In this document: positions 41,581-51,321 of the stretch, one piece after another
How positions within the stretch are numbered: the stretch's first letter is position 1
Layout of the letters: each line of letters starts with the position of its first letter
Assembly: GCA_900617105.1 (NCBI GenBank)
Contig: UYFQ01000001.1
Coordinates: 2,852,001 to 2,916,000 of the forward strand
Origin: Hydrurus foetidus
Lineage: Eukaryota
Direction of reading: 5' to 3'
DNA: 64,000 nucleotides
The notes under the pieces: model-generated
Database searches by the model: none
What the model saw: the letters and a program-made list of their open reading frames with translations, nothing else
Told to the model about the DNA's origin: nothing
Program-made: the position numbers and the translations under genes

Positions 41581-43176
41581 ATGTTTCAACCCACCAAACT
41601 GCTTGCTGCAGCCCTGTTTTCAACTGCGCTGACGGCCGCGATCACACTGCCCGCACAAGCCAAAACCTTCAAATTCGCTCGCGCGGCGGACATGTCGACC
41701 TGGGACATTCACGCCCAAAACGTCGGCGTGAACAACACCATGCATGCCGCCGTGTACGACACGTTGATTGAATACGACAGCAAAACCTTCAAGCCCCGCG
41801 CGTCGCTAGCCACTGAGTGGAAGCAAATCTCGCCGACGCAACTGCGCCTGATGCTGCGCCCGGGCGTAAAGTTTTCTGATGGCTCGGATTTTGTGGCGGC
41901 CGATGCCAAATATTCCCTTGAGCGCGCCAAGGCCAAAACGTCAAACTTCACCGTGTATGCGCTGGGCATTGACCGGGTTGAAGTGGTCAACGCCACCACG
42001 CTCGATATCTTTTCAACCGTGCCCAACCCGGTGCTGCTCAACCAGCTGACTGAGCTGCGCATCATGAGCAAGGCCTGGGCCGAGAAAAACAATTCAGTTG
42101 AGCCCAAAGACATCAAAACCAAAGACGAAAGCTTTGCGCACCGCAACGCACTGGGTACCGGCCCGTTCATGCTTAAAAACTGGACGCCCGACCAACGCTC
42201 AACCCTCGTGGCCAACCCGATGTGGTGGGGCAAGGGCAAGTACCCCACCAACGTGACCGAGGTGCTGTACACGCCGATTAAATCAGACGCCACGCGCATG
42301 GCCGCGCTGCTGTCGGGCGAAGTAGATTTTGTGCTCGACCCTGCGTTGCAAGACCTGGCGCGGGTCAAACAAAACGCTGATCTGAAAGTGCTTGAAGGGC
42401 CCGAAAACCGCACCATCTTTTTAGGCATGGACCAATTTAGAGACGAGCTGCCTAACTCCAGCGTGAAGGGCGCGAACCCACTCAAAGATGTGCGCGTGCG
42501 CAAGGCGCTGTACCAAGCCATTGATATTGAGTCGATCAAAAAAGTAGTGATGCGCGACCTGGCAGAACCCAGCGGCGCGATGGTGGCCAAACAAATCAAC
42601 GGCTGGACAGCCAAGGCCAACGTGCGCTGGCCGTACAACGTCGCAGCCGCGCAAAAGCTACTGGCTGAAGCTGGCTACCCACAGGGCTTTGAAGTTGACT
42701 TTGCCTGCAGCGCAGGCCGCTACATCAACGACGAACAACTGTGCCAGGCCATCACCGTGCAGTGGGCCAAAATCGGCGTGAAGGCCAAGTTTCGCAGCTT
42801 GCCGTTTGCAACTTACTTCCCCATGATTCAGCGCAACGAAGCCAGCATTTATCTGCTCGGCTGGGGCGTGCCCACATTCGACGCGTTTTACAGCTTGCAG
42901 TCACTCATCCGCACCGTAGGCGCGGGCGGCGACGGCAACTTTAATTTGGGCCGCTTCAGCAACCCGCAGCAAGACGCACTGATCGAACGCATCCGCAAAG
43001 AAACTGATGCACCCACACGCAACCGCCTGATAGAACAAGCGCTCGTCGCAGACCACGAACTGATCTCCCACATCCCGCTGCACAACCAGATCATTCCTTG
43101 GGCGATGAAGAAGACGGTGGATATTCCGCACCGTGCGGACAATTTGATTGACTGGCGGGCTGTGAAGGTGAATTGA
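41581..43176 (+). CDS. ABC transporter substrate-binding protein, family 5 (orphan)
   Basis: Signal peptide; LRPGVKFSDG, GTGPFML, DVRVRKAL. Confidence 0.92.
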   Translation: MFQPTKLLAAALFSTALTAAITLPAQAKTFKFARAADMSTWDIHAQNVGVNNTMHAAVYDTLIEYDSKTFKPRASLATEWKQISPTQLRLMLRPGVKFSDGSDFVAADAKYSLERAKAKTSNFTVYALGIDRVEVVNATTLDIFSTVPNPVLLNQLTELRIMSKAWAEKNNSVEPKDIKTKDESFAHRNALGTGPFMLKNWTPDQRSTLVANPMWWGKGKYPTNVTEVLYTPIKSDATRMAALLSGEVDFVLDPALQDLARVKQNADLKVLEGPENRTIFLGMDQFRDELPNSSVKGANPLKDVRVRKALYQAIDIESIKKVVMRDLAEPSGAMVAKQINGWTAKANVRWPYNVAAAQKLLAEAGYPQGFEVDFACSAGRYINDEQLCQAITVQWAKIGVKAKFRSLPFATYFPMIQRNEASIYLLGWGVPTFDAFYSLQSLIRTVGAGGDGNFNLGRFSNPQQDALIERIRKETDAPTRNRLIEQALVADHELISHIPLHNQIIPWAMKKTVDIPHRADNLIDWRAVKVN

Positions 43177-43189
43177 GCGTTATTCGAGG

Positions 43190-43247
43190 ATTAAACGTGC
43201 TTGCAGCCCAATAAATACGGGCGCAAGCAGCTACTTTTTACATAGCA
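43190..43247 (-). repeat. Repeat A, copy 12 (left edge of the RM island)
   Basis: GCAGCCCAATAAATACGGGCGCAAGCAGCTACTTTTTACATAGCA. Confidence 0.9.
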
Positions 43248-43383
43248 GATGCAGCCAGCAGTGAAAGCTGCTGCGCTGCGTAATGCCGTGTAGTGGTAAT
43301 TCCAAAACCCATTAAACACTTTCAACAATCCCACTTCTGCGGCAAAACCCAAACTGCCACCTAGAATTGCGGCAGGAGCGGAG

Positions 43384-46209
43384 ATGACCCCAGAGGCCAA
43401 AGCAAGAGTCAGCATAGACGCGCTTTTAGTTGCAGCAGGCTGGCACGTCTGCGATATGGCTCAGGCCAACATCCGCGCCGCCCGTGGCGTTGCCATCCGC
43501 GAATTCCCCCTGAACCCCGGTTACGGCTTTGCTGACTACCTGCTGTACATCGACGGCAAAGCCGCAGGCGTGATTGAGGCCAAAAAAGAAGGCACCACGC
43601 TGACCGGCGTTGAAGTGCAGTCTGCCCGTTACGCCCAAGGCCTGCCTGCCAGCTTACCGGCCTGGGTGCGGCCCTTGCCCTTTAGTTATGAATCCACCGG
43701 TATTGAGACCCACTTCACCCAAGGCCTGGACCCTGAACCGCGCGCCAGAGCCGTGTTCGCATTCCATCGCCCCGAAACGCTTGCCGACTTCCTGAAAAAT
43801 CTGCCGCTTAGCAGCGTCATGTACACCGGCTCTGCGGCCTCGGCCAGCGCAAACGACCCCGGTACTGACTCGGCAACCTTTCTTCGCCGCCTGCAAAGCC
43901 TGCCGCCTTTAAAGGAAGACGGCCTGTGGCCCGCGCAAATCATCGCCATCCAAAACCTTGAAAAGTCGCTCAAAGCCAACAAGCCACGCGCCCTGATCCA
44001 GATGGCCACCGGCAGCGGCAAAACCTTTACTTCCATCAGCTTCATTTACCGCCTTATCAAGTTTGGTGGTGCCAAGCGCGTGCTGTTTTTGGTAGACCGG
44101 GGCAACCTGGGCCGGCAGACCAAAAAAGAGTTTGACCAATACACCTCGCCCTACAACAACTACAAGTTTGGTGAGGAATACATCGTTCAGCACCTGCAAA
44201 GCAACCAGCTAGACACCACGGCCAAGGTCACTATCTGCACCATTCAGCGGCTGTTCAGCATGCTCAAGGGCAGGGACTTGGCGGTGGAAGACGACGAGCA
44301 AAGCGCCGACGGCCTGGGCAATCTTTTCAATAAGTCTGACCCCATCGCCTACAACCCCAAATTCCCCATCGAAACATTCGACATCATCGTCACAGACGAA
44401 GCTCACCGCAGCATCTACAACCTGTGGCGGCAGGTGCTTGAATACTTTGACGCCTACCTGATCGGCCTGACAGCCACGCCAAGCAAGCAAACCTTTGGCT
44501 TTTTTAACCAGAACCTGGTCATGGAATACGGCCACCAGCAGGCCGTGGCCGATGGCGTGAACGTCAACTACGACGTGTACCGCATCCGCACCCAGGTCAG
44601 TGAACAAGGCAGCCAGGTCGAGGCGGGCTATTCTGTCGGCTACCGAGACCGCCTGACCCGTAAAACCCGCTGGCAAGAGCTCGACGAAGACATGGCCTAC
44701 GACGCCGACGCACTAGACCGAGCCGTGCAAACGCCCGACCAGATTCGTACCATCGTCCGCACCTTCAGAGATAAGCTGCCGCTAGAGATTTTCCCCGGCC
44801 GCACCGAAGTACCCAAGACCCTCATATTTGCCAAAGACGACAACCACGCCGAAAAGATTGTCGAAATCCTGCGTGAAGAGTTTGGCAAGGGCAACGACTT
44901 TGCTCAAAAGATCACTTACCGCACTACAGGCGACAAACCCGAAAACCTGATCAGCGCCTTTCGCAACAGCTACAACCCGCGCATTGCCGTCACGGTAGAC
45001 ATGATCGCCACCGGCACCGACATCAAGCCGGTTGAAATTGTCATGTTCATGCGCTCGGTCAAAAGCCGCAACTTTTTTGAGCAGATGAAAGGCCGTGGCG
45101 TACGCATCTGCGACCCCAACGACCTGCAGGCCGTCACGCCAGACGCCACAGTTAAAGACCACTTCGTCATCGTCGACTGCGTGGGCGTGTGCGAGCAAGA
45201 CAAAACCGACTCTGCCCCCATGGACGCCAAAAAGTCTGTGCCCTTTGACAAACTTCTGCAAGCCGTGGCGCTGGGCAATGTAGAGCCCGAGGTGCTGAGC
45301 AGCGTAGCCGCCCGCCTGGCCCGGCTAGACCGCGAGCTGACCGACCCAGACAGGCAACGCATCGCCAACGCGTCAGGCGGCTACAGCCTCAAAGACCTGG
45401 CGAAAAACATCGTTAACGCCCTGGACCCCGACTTTGAATTTACTCCCTCTCCCGCCGCAGCGGGAGAGGGCTGGGGTGAGGGCATCCCCCAGACTGCGCT
45501 GAGTCAGGCCGTCAAACCCCTGTGCGACCCAGCCCTGCGCAACCTGCTGATTGACTTGAAGAAAAAGGCCGAGCAAGTCATAGACACCGTCACGCAAGAC
45601 CAATTGCTGGAGGCCGACTTTTCAGAAGCCGCCCGCGATCGCGCCAAAGGCACGGTCGAAAGCTTTGAGAAATTCATCGCCGACCACAAAGACGAAATCA
45701 CCGCGCTACAAATTTTGTATCAGCAACCCCAGCGTTTAAAAGGACTGCAAGCCGAAACACTCACATTCGAGGCCCTTAAAGCTCTGGCCAACGCCCTGCA
45801 AGCCCCACCGCATTTATGGACTGAAGGCCAGCTGTGGCAAGCCTACGCCGCGCTAGACAAAAGCAAGGTCAAAGGCGAAAACCGCAAACGCATATTGACC
45901 GACCTGGTCAGCCTGGTGCGCTTTGCCATGCACCAGAGCAACGAGCTGGTGCCCTTCCCCGAGCGCGTTAACGCCAACTTCAAAGCCTGGCTGGCGCAGC
46001 AAACGCAGGCAGGCACCACATTTACCCCCGAACAACTCCATTGGCTAGACATGATCCGCGAACACATAGCAGGCAACCTGACAATAGTGCCCGACGACTT
46101 TGAATATTCCCCATTTGCCCAAGAAGGCGGCATGGGCCGCGTGTACCAGCTGTTTGGCGCGGAGTTGCCCAAGGTGCTTGAGGCTATGAATCGGGAGTTG
46201 GCGGCGTGA
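43384..46209 (+). CDS. hsdR: Type I restriction enzyme subunit R (EcoEI/EcoAI-like)
   Basis: ADY..VIEAK nuclease motif, MATGSGKT, DEAHRS, GLTATP, QMKGRGVR. Confidence 0.95.
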   Translation: MTPEAKARVSIDALLVAAGWHVCDMAQANIRAARGVAIREFPLNPGYGFADYLLYIDGKAAGVIEAKKEGTTLTGVEVQSARYAQGLPASLPAWVRPLPFSYESTGIETHFTQGLDPEPRARAVFAFHRPETLADFLKNLPLSSVMYTGSAASASANDPGTDSATFLRRLQSLPPLKEDGLWPAQIIAIQNLEKSLKANKPRALIQMATGSGKTFTSISFIYRLIKFGGAKRVLFLVDRGNLGRQTKKEFDQYTSPYNNYKFGEEYIVQHLQSNQLDTTAKVTICTIQRLFSMLKGRDLAVEDDEQSADGLGNLFNKSDPIAYNPKFPIETFDIIVTDEAHRSIYNLWRQVLEYFDAYLIGLTATPSKQTFGFFNQNLVMEYGHQQAVADGVNVNYDVYRIRTQVSEQGSQVEAGYSVGYRDRLTRKTRWQELDEDMAYDADALDRAVQTPDQIRTIVRTFRDKLPLEIFPGRTEVPKTLIFAKDDNHAEKIVEILREEFGKGNDFAQKITYRTTGDKPENLISAFRNSYNPRIAVTVDMIATGTDIKPVEIVMFMRSVKSRNFFEQMKGRGVRICDPNDLQAVTPDATVKDHFVIVDCVGVCEQDKTDSAPMDAKKSVPFDKLLQAVALGNVEPEVLSSVAARLARLDRELTDPDRQRIANASGGYSLKDLAKNIVNALDPDFEFTPSPAAAGEGWGEGIPQTALSQAVKPLCDPALRNLLIDLKKKAEQVIDTVTQDQLLEADFSEAARDRAKGTVESFEKFIADHKDEITALQILYQQPQRLKGLQAETLTFEALKALANALQAPPHLWTEGQLWQAYAALDKSKVKGENRKRILTDLVSLVRFAMHQSNELVPFPERVNANFKAWLAQQTQAGTTFTPEQLHWLDMIREHIAGNLTIVPDDFEYSPFAQEGGMGRVYQLFGAELPKVLEAMNRELAA
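45445..45482 (+). repeat. BoxC-like palindromic element in frame in hsdR
   Basis: CCCTCTCCCGC-CGCA-GCGGGAGAGGG-CTGGGGTGAGGG, encoding PSPAAAGEGWGEG. Confidence 0.75.
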
Positions 46210-47525
46210 TGTTAGTAGCGGAAAAAACGTCTGCTGCATTAAGCTGGCCGCTGGTTTCGTTTGACAAAGTTGCAATAGCTCAGTCTGATCGTGGACAGCG
46301 ACTAAAGCAAAGGGACTATCTCGCAGAAGGTCCAATCCCGGTTATCGACCAAGGGCAAGCATTGGTCGGTGGCTACACGGACGACGAGAATGCGTCATTC
46401 GTTGGTGACCTTCCCGTGGTTTTATTTGGTGATCACACAAGAGCCGTAAAACTCATTCACCATCGTTTTGCTGTTGGTGCTGACGGCATCAAAATTTTCC
46501 GACCAGCTGAAGGCGTGCGCGCCAAATATCTCTATTACTGGATGAAATCAGCGCGCATTCCAGACCGTGGATACGGGCGTCACTACCAATACCTACGAGC
46601 GCTGTCCGTGCCATTGCCACCAGAAAAGCACCAAGATGAAATCGTCGCCGAAATCGAAAAACAATTCTCCCGCCTCGACGAAGCCGTCGCCAACCTCCAG
46701 CGCGTCAAGGCCAACGTCAAACGCTACAAAGCCTCCGTCCTCAAAGACGCCGTAGAAGGCCGGCTCGTCCCCACAGAAGCAGAACTAGCCCGCCGCGAAG
46801 GCCGCAGCTTTGAAACCGGCGAGCAGCTTTTGCAGCGGATTCGCGCGACGCGCCTTAATGAGTGGAAAGCGAAAGGTAAGTACATAGAGCCGATATCACC
46901 CATTACCGCTAATTTGCCACCGCTTCCGAATGGGTGGACGTGGTCGACGATGCCGCAACTTGGTGAACTCAATCGCGGTAAGTCAAAGCACCGCCCGAGG
47001 GACGATGCCGCTTTGTATGGCGGACCGTATCCCTTTATTCAGACTGGCGATGTGCGCCGGTCGGATGGTTCGATAACGGCGCACAGTCAGACCTACAGTG
47101 AATTCGGTTTGAAGCAAAGCCGCCTCTGGCCTATTGGTACGCTATGCATCACCATTGCGGCGAATATTGCCGAAACCGGCATCCTGAAATTGGAAGCGTG
47201 TTTCCCCGATAGCGTCGTGGGATTCGTATCCGACCAGGGTTATCCGACAACTGAGTACGTGGAGTTCTTCATCCGCACCGCGCGTGCTGGTCTTGACCGC
47301 TTTGCGTCTGCGACCGCACAGAAGAACATTAACCTCGAAGTGCTTGAGTCAGTAGGTGTTCCGACGCCCCCGTTGGCGGAGCAACGACGAATAGTCGCAG
47401 AGGTTGATCGTCGGTTGTCACTCATTCGTGGCGTTGAGGCTGCGGTCGATGCCAACCTCAAGCGCGCTCAGGCACTACGACAGGCGTCACTTCAGTCCGC
47501 ATTTAATCGTGTCGAGGGTTCGTAG
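46206..47525 (+). CDS. hsdS: Type I RM specificity subunit S
   Basis: Two TRDs, each followed by PLPP..Q..IVAEI/V conserved repeats. Confidence 0.93.
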   Translation: MMLVAEKTSAALSWPLVSFDKVAIAQSDRGQRLKQRDYLAEGPIPVIDQGQALVGGYTDDENASFVGDLPVVLFGDHTRAVKLIHHRFAVGADGIKIFRPAEGVRAKYLYYWMKSARIPDRGYGRHYQYLRALSVPLPPEKHQDEIVAEIEKQFSRLDEAVANLQRVKANVKRYKASVLKDAVEGRLVPTEAELARREGRSFETGEQLLQRIRATRLNEWKAKGKYIEPISPITANLPPLPNGWTWSTMPQLGELNRGKSKHRPRDDAALYGGPYPFIQTGDVRRSDGSITAHSQTYSEFGLKQSRLWPIGTLCITIAANIAETGILKLEACFPDSVVGFVSDQGYPTTEYVEFFIRTARAGLDRFASATAQKNINLEVLESVGVPTPPLAEQRRIVAEVDRRLSLIRGVEAAVDANLKRAQALRQASLQSAFNRVEGS

Positions 47526-49907
47526 ATGGCAAATGGAAACGTTTCAATTCGAGTCCGGCCATTGCGAATGGCGTTCTTGGTAGATCCACGCGACACAAAA
47601 GGCTTACGTCGTGCTATTGAATTGAGCACGTTCCAATGGGGTGGCACATATAACCCCATCATTCCCGTATTCCAGCGCATGCCAAAGATATGGGAACCCC
47701 ATCGTGGTTTGCGTGTTCCGAGTTCTGAACAGGTGATTGAAGGTTATTTGACCGGTTTCGATCCGGACATCGTCGTGCCCGTTGGGACCTGCGGAAGTCG
47801 CGTTTTTAACATTGGGCATCGCGAACTTGTGGCAGAGCAAGACCTAATGGGCGACATAAGTGCATCGCATAGTCCAAAGTTCGGAATCGGCTACTTTGAG
47901 GTTCTTTCAGATTTCATTGAGAAGGAATTGAAGTTCGTTAGAAATGACAAGCTGAGACTTGCATTGCCGAAACTGCCGCGTGAATATGGGCTTTTCCTTT
48001 CCAGTGTATTTGGCGCATTACCTCCCGCGGTGGGGGAGCTTGTTGAAAGCTATTACGGTCAGATATCGGGGTTGCATCGCCCAGCGGTGAGGCTGTCAAC
48101 TTTTACCGAACTTCTTGAGCCACTGGAAATGTTTCCTCGGAGACTGAATACGTGGGGACTGGAGCATCACCCAATTCAAGAGTTGCTACTTTTCGTTTGC
48201 GATGCTACGAGTCCCTTAGACGTTATTGACTATTGGAATTTGCGGGCAGCGGGGTATCAAGTCATACCGATACCGATTCAATCAGCCAACTCTCCTGGCT
48301 GCAAGGAATTGGCCCGAAACTACATCAATGAAAGCTATCAGCCGCGCCGACACCAGCCTGATTGGTTTCATCGTGCGACGGTACAGCGATCTCGATCGAT
48401 ATCAGAGAAAGCTGTTGAAGACTTTTGCTCTTCGCTTCAATTGCCGCTCGGGCAAGTTCGAAACGAACCGAAATATCTGATCCGACATTGGTACCCGAGA
48501 ATTTGGGATGTGTGGGCGCGGGAGAACACACAGGAAAAAATTCTGTCGCCGTATTCTCACGAGATCGACTTGCCGATTCCAGAAGGCGAGACGAGCATGG
48601 AGCTTCGGGCACAACAGCCAGCAATTAAGCGATTTGATGAGTACACCGGCGAACCAAAATTCGCCAACGATTTTTCATTTCGGTTCTACGGTTCGAAGGA
48701 GCCTATGGCTGAGGTTCTCCCGTACGGTAGCAAAGAGTTGTCAACGGCAATTGGACGGACAGGGTATTTCAATTGGCGATTTTCTGAGTCCGGGCCAGTC
48801 TTTTTGGCACGTATGTCGGAGGATTTGATCTTTCTTGAATTGCCTAAGGCTGAGTCAGTCATGACTGAGTGGCTTAAGGAGCGCGGCTGGCAAGTTGAAC
48901 TTTCAACTTCTGGACGCATGGCAACACAGCTCGTTAAACAACTGGGTGGAACTTGGGGGATCAGTTCGTTAGCGAAGGTCGAAGTAATTAAGCTTCTGAG
49001 TGAGCTTGAAAGGGAGGGCGGCCTGCCATTCCCTGCTGTAGTCGAAAAACTGAAGGCGGGTCCCGATAAGAGCGACAAGCATTTCAGACCAGCACTCTTG
49101 CTAAAGAGATTGATCGAGATTAGCGCTTTGCTTCTGGGAGTAAAGGTGCAGTGCCCTGTTTGCACACGGCACAACTGGTATGCAGTGGATACGATTAAAT
49201 ATAAAGTTCGCTGCAAATTTTGCCTTTCGGATTTTGATTTGCCCATCCACGATCCGCGCGAGATTGCGTGGACATATCGTGCCCATGGCCCGTTTGCCAG
49301 TTCAAATGCGCAAGGTGCATTTACTGTTTTACTGTTGCTGAGATTCTTGTCGGGGACACATGATCGTGGTGTGACGCCACTCTTTAGTTACACGGCAAAA
49401 AAAGGCAAAAAGGAGCTAGAGGCTGACCTCACATGTCTGTATCGGCCTTCGACTTGGCGTAGTACGCGCGCTGACGTTGTCCATGCTGAATGTAAGACTT
49501 TCAATACCTTTGAGAAAGCGGACTTCGAGCGAATGAAGTTTCTCGCTGAAGAGTTTCCTGGTTCAGTGCTGGTCTTTGCGTCACTGAAGACTGGTCTGTC
49601 GAAAGGGGAGGCGTCGGCCATTCGTGCCATTGTGCAAACACAGCGTCGAAAGAGGCTACGACGACAGCTCAGCAGTCATGTTGTGGTCTTGACTGGCGTC
49701 GAACTGCTTTCGGAACGAGGCGTCCCATCGTGTTGGGAGGGAAAAGGTCAACCTCAGGAAAAACTTATTTCTGGTCATCGCTCTTTCCAAGAATTGGCGG
49801 AATTGGCAGATGCGACCCAGCAAATCTATTTGGGTCTGCCGGGGTGGTTCGAATGGTCCGAGTCTGAGCGGGATAAGAGGCATGCGCGCAAGAAAGTAAA
49901 AAACTGA
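47526..49907 (+). CDS. Uncharacterised 793-aa protein with CxxC..CxxC and a C-terminal PD-(D/E)XK-like motif
   Basis: Long ORF abutting hsdS; CPVC..WY..CKFC; LEADL...AECK; atypical codon usage. Confidence 0.8.
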   Translation: MANGNVSIRVRPLRMAFLVDPRDTKGLRRAIELSTFQWGGTYNPIIPVFQRMPKIWEPHRGLRVPSSEQVIEGYLTGFDPDIVVPVGTCGSRVFNIGHRELVAEQDLMGDISASHSPKFGIGYFEVLSDFIEKELKFVRNDKLRLALPKLPREYGLFLSSVFGALPPAVGELVESYYGQISGLHRPAVRLSTFTELLEPLEMFPRRLNTWGLEHHPIQELLLFVCDATSPLDVIDYWNLRAAGYQVIPIPIQSANSPGCKELARNYINESYQPRRHQPDWFHRATVQRSRSISEKAVEDFCSSLQLPLGQVRNEPKYLIRHWYPRIWDVWARENTQEKILSPYSHEIDLPIPEGETSMELRAQQPAIKRFDEYTGEPKFANDFSFRFYGSKEPMAEVLPYGSKELSTAIGRTGYFNWRFSESGPVFLARMSEDLIFLELPKAESVMTEWLKERGWQVELSTSGRMATQLVKQLGGTWGISSLAKVEVIKLLSELEREGGLPFPAVVEKLKAGPDKSDKHFRPALLLKRLIEISALLLGVKVQCPVCTRHNWYAVDTIKYKVRCKFCLSDFDLPIHDPREIAWTYRAHGPFASSNAQGAFTVLLLLRFLSGTHDRGVTPLFSYTAKKGKKELEADLTCLYRPSTWRSTRADVVHAECKTFNTFEKADFERMKFLAEEFPGSVLVFASLKTGLSKGEASAIRAIVQTQRRKRLRRQLSSHVVVLTGVELLSERGVPSCWEGKGQPQEKLISGHRSFQELAELADATQQIYLGLPGWFEWSESERDKRHARKKVKN

Positions 49908-49947
49908 AGAAGAAAATATCGGGATCAGGTTCCAATTAATTCCCAGT

Positions 49948-50014
49948 CGCTATTAATACAGGAGCTGCTTGCGCCCATATCCATTGGCCTAGAGGCCAAA
50001 ATGATAGGTAAAAA
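49948..50014 (+). repeat. Repeat A, copy 13 (inverted pair with copy 14)
   Basis: CGCTATTAATACAGGAGCTGCTTGCGCCCATATCCATTGGCCTAGAGGCCAAAATGATAGGTAAAAA. Confidence 0.88.
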
Positions 50015-50093
50015 CAGGCAAAAAAGCGGCTTTTGCAGCCGCTGAACGGCGCAAATTGCCTTTACAAGCTTGTAAAAAGCCAAAAACAGGTCA

Positions 50094-50160
50094 TTTTTAC
50101 CCATCAAAAGTGACTGGAAGCCAATAAATACGGGCGCAAGCAGCTCCTGTAAACATAGCA
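50094..50160 (-). repeat. Repeat A, copy 14
   Basis: Reverse complement TGCTATGTTTACAGGAGCTGCTTGCGCCCGTATTTATTGGCTTCCAGTCACTTTTGATGGGTAAAAA. Confidence 0.88.
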
Positions 50161-50315
50161 AGCAACTGCACGCCGCAATGGGCCAAAATGACGAACTGTT
50201 GGTACAGATGTTTGAACAGGTCATTTCACAGACTTTGGCGCGGCACGATGCTGCCAGTGCGTGGAGCTTGCAAAACTTTATGTAAAGCGCAATAATCCAC
50301 TCCCAAAGTGAACTT

Positions 50316-51128
50316 ATGCGCCCTATAGATAGTAATTTTTCGTTGTCTGGGTTTGAGGCTGCGTCCCGCGCGCGCTTGGCCAAAGTACTGCGTGCCACGC
50401 ATGGCACGGTCACACCCGAGTCTGCCGCTGCGGCGCTGGCCGATACGCGTTTGGCTGCAGCCAAACAATTGGCGCGCTGGGCGGAGCAGGGTTGGCTGCA
50501 GCGGGTACGGCGCGGCATTTATGTGCCTGTACTGCTGGAGAGTGAGCGCGCTGACGCCGCACCAGAAGACGCATGGCTGATCGCCAACACAGCATTTGCA
50601 CCCTGCTTTATTGCGGGCTGGAGCGCGGTTGAGCACTGGTCGCTGACAGAGCAGGTGTTTCGCAGCCTATGCGTGGCCACGTCGCGCCGCCCTCGGCACC
50701 GTGAGCAAACGATTGGCGGCACCGTGTTCGTGCTGCATTCCGTGCCAGAAGCTCACTTCTTTGGCCTAAAGGCCGTCTGGCGCGGGACTGCCCGTGTGCA
50801 GGTGTCTGACCCGTCGCGCACGATGGTTGATTTGCTGGCCACACCCGCATGGGGCGGGGGCATTCGTACGGTGGTGGACGTGCTGCAGGCCTACTTGAAG
50901 TCTGGACACTGCAATCTGCCGCTACTGGTGGACTACGCTGCCTGCCTGGGCAATGGCGCTGTCTTCAAGCGGATGGGCTACTTGCTTCAACAGCATGCGC
51001 CCGAGGCTACGGAGGCCATCACGGCGTGTGCTGACCGGTTGACTGCGGGCTACACCAAGCTGGACCCGGCCTTGCCATCGGCGCGGTTAGTTACGGCATG
51101 GGGGCTGTGGTTGCCTGCGGGCTGGTAG
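50316..51128 (+). CDS. AbiEi-family (type IV TA) antitoxin / wHTH regulator
   Basis: LARWAEQGWLQRVRRGIY, FIAGWSAVEHWSLTEQ, VSDPSRTMVD, AVFKRMGYL. Confidence 0.85.
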   Translation: MRPIDSNFSLSGFEAASRARLAKVLRATHGTVTPESAAAALADTRLAAAKQLARWAEQGWLQRVRRGIYVPVLLESERADAAPEDAWLIANTAFAPCFIAGWSAVEHWSLTEQVFRSLCVATSRRPRHREQTIGGTVFVLHSVPEAHFFGLKAVWRGTARVQVSDPSRTMVDLLATPAWGGGIRTVVDVLQAYLKSGHCNLPLLVDYAACLGNGAVFKRMGYLLQQHAPEATEAITACADRLTAGYTKLDPALPSARLVTAWGLWLPAGW

Positions 51129-51146
51129 GCAATAGGGGTAGCAAAA

Positions 51147-51299
51147 ATGATTCAAAAACAAGAACTGCTGGATTTGGCGAAGGACTTTGGCCTGCAACCC
51201 AATGTGGTGGATCTGGCGCATTTGGACGAAGCCCACGTTGGGAAGCACAGGCTGAGGTTTAAACCTGATATCGCCTTAATAATTTTCGCGCGAAAATGA
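51147..51299 (+). pseudogene. AbiEii nucleotidyltransferase toxin remnant
   Basis: MIQKQELLDLAKDFGLQPNVV then DLAHLDEA; the expected EKDY...KGGT...FSEDLD core is missing; 50 codons. Confidence 0.7.
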
Positions 51300-51321
51300 A
51301 CCTTCCAAGGAGATTCACATC

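Noticed and set aside
41709..42638. Long antisense ORFs (also 5747..6688, 6821..7681, 53113..53994)
   Set aside because: Shadows of GC-rich real genes with no recognisable motifs.
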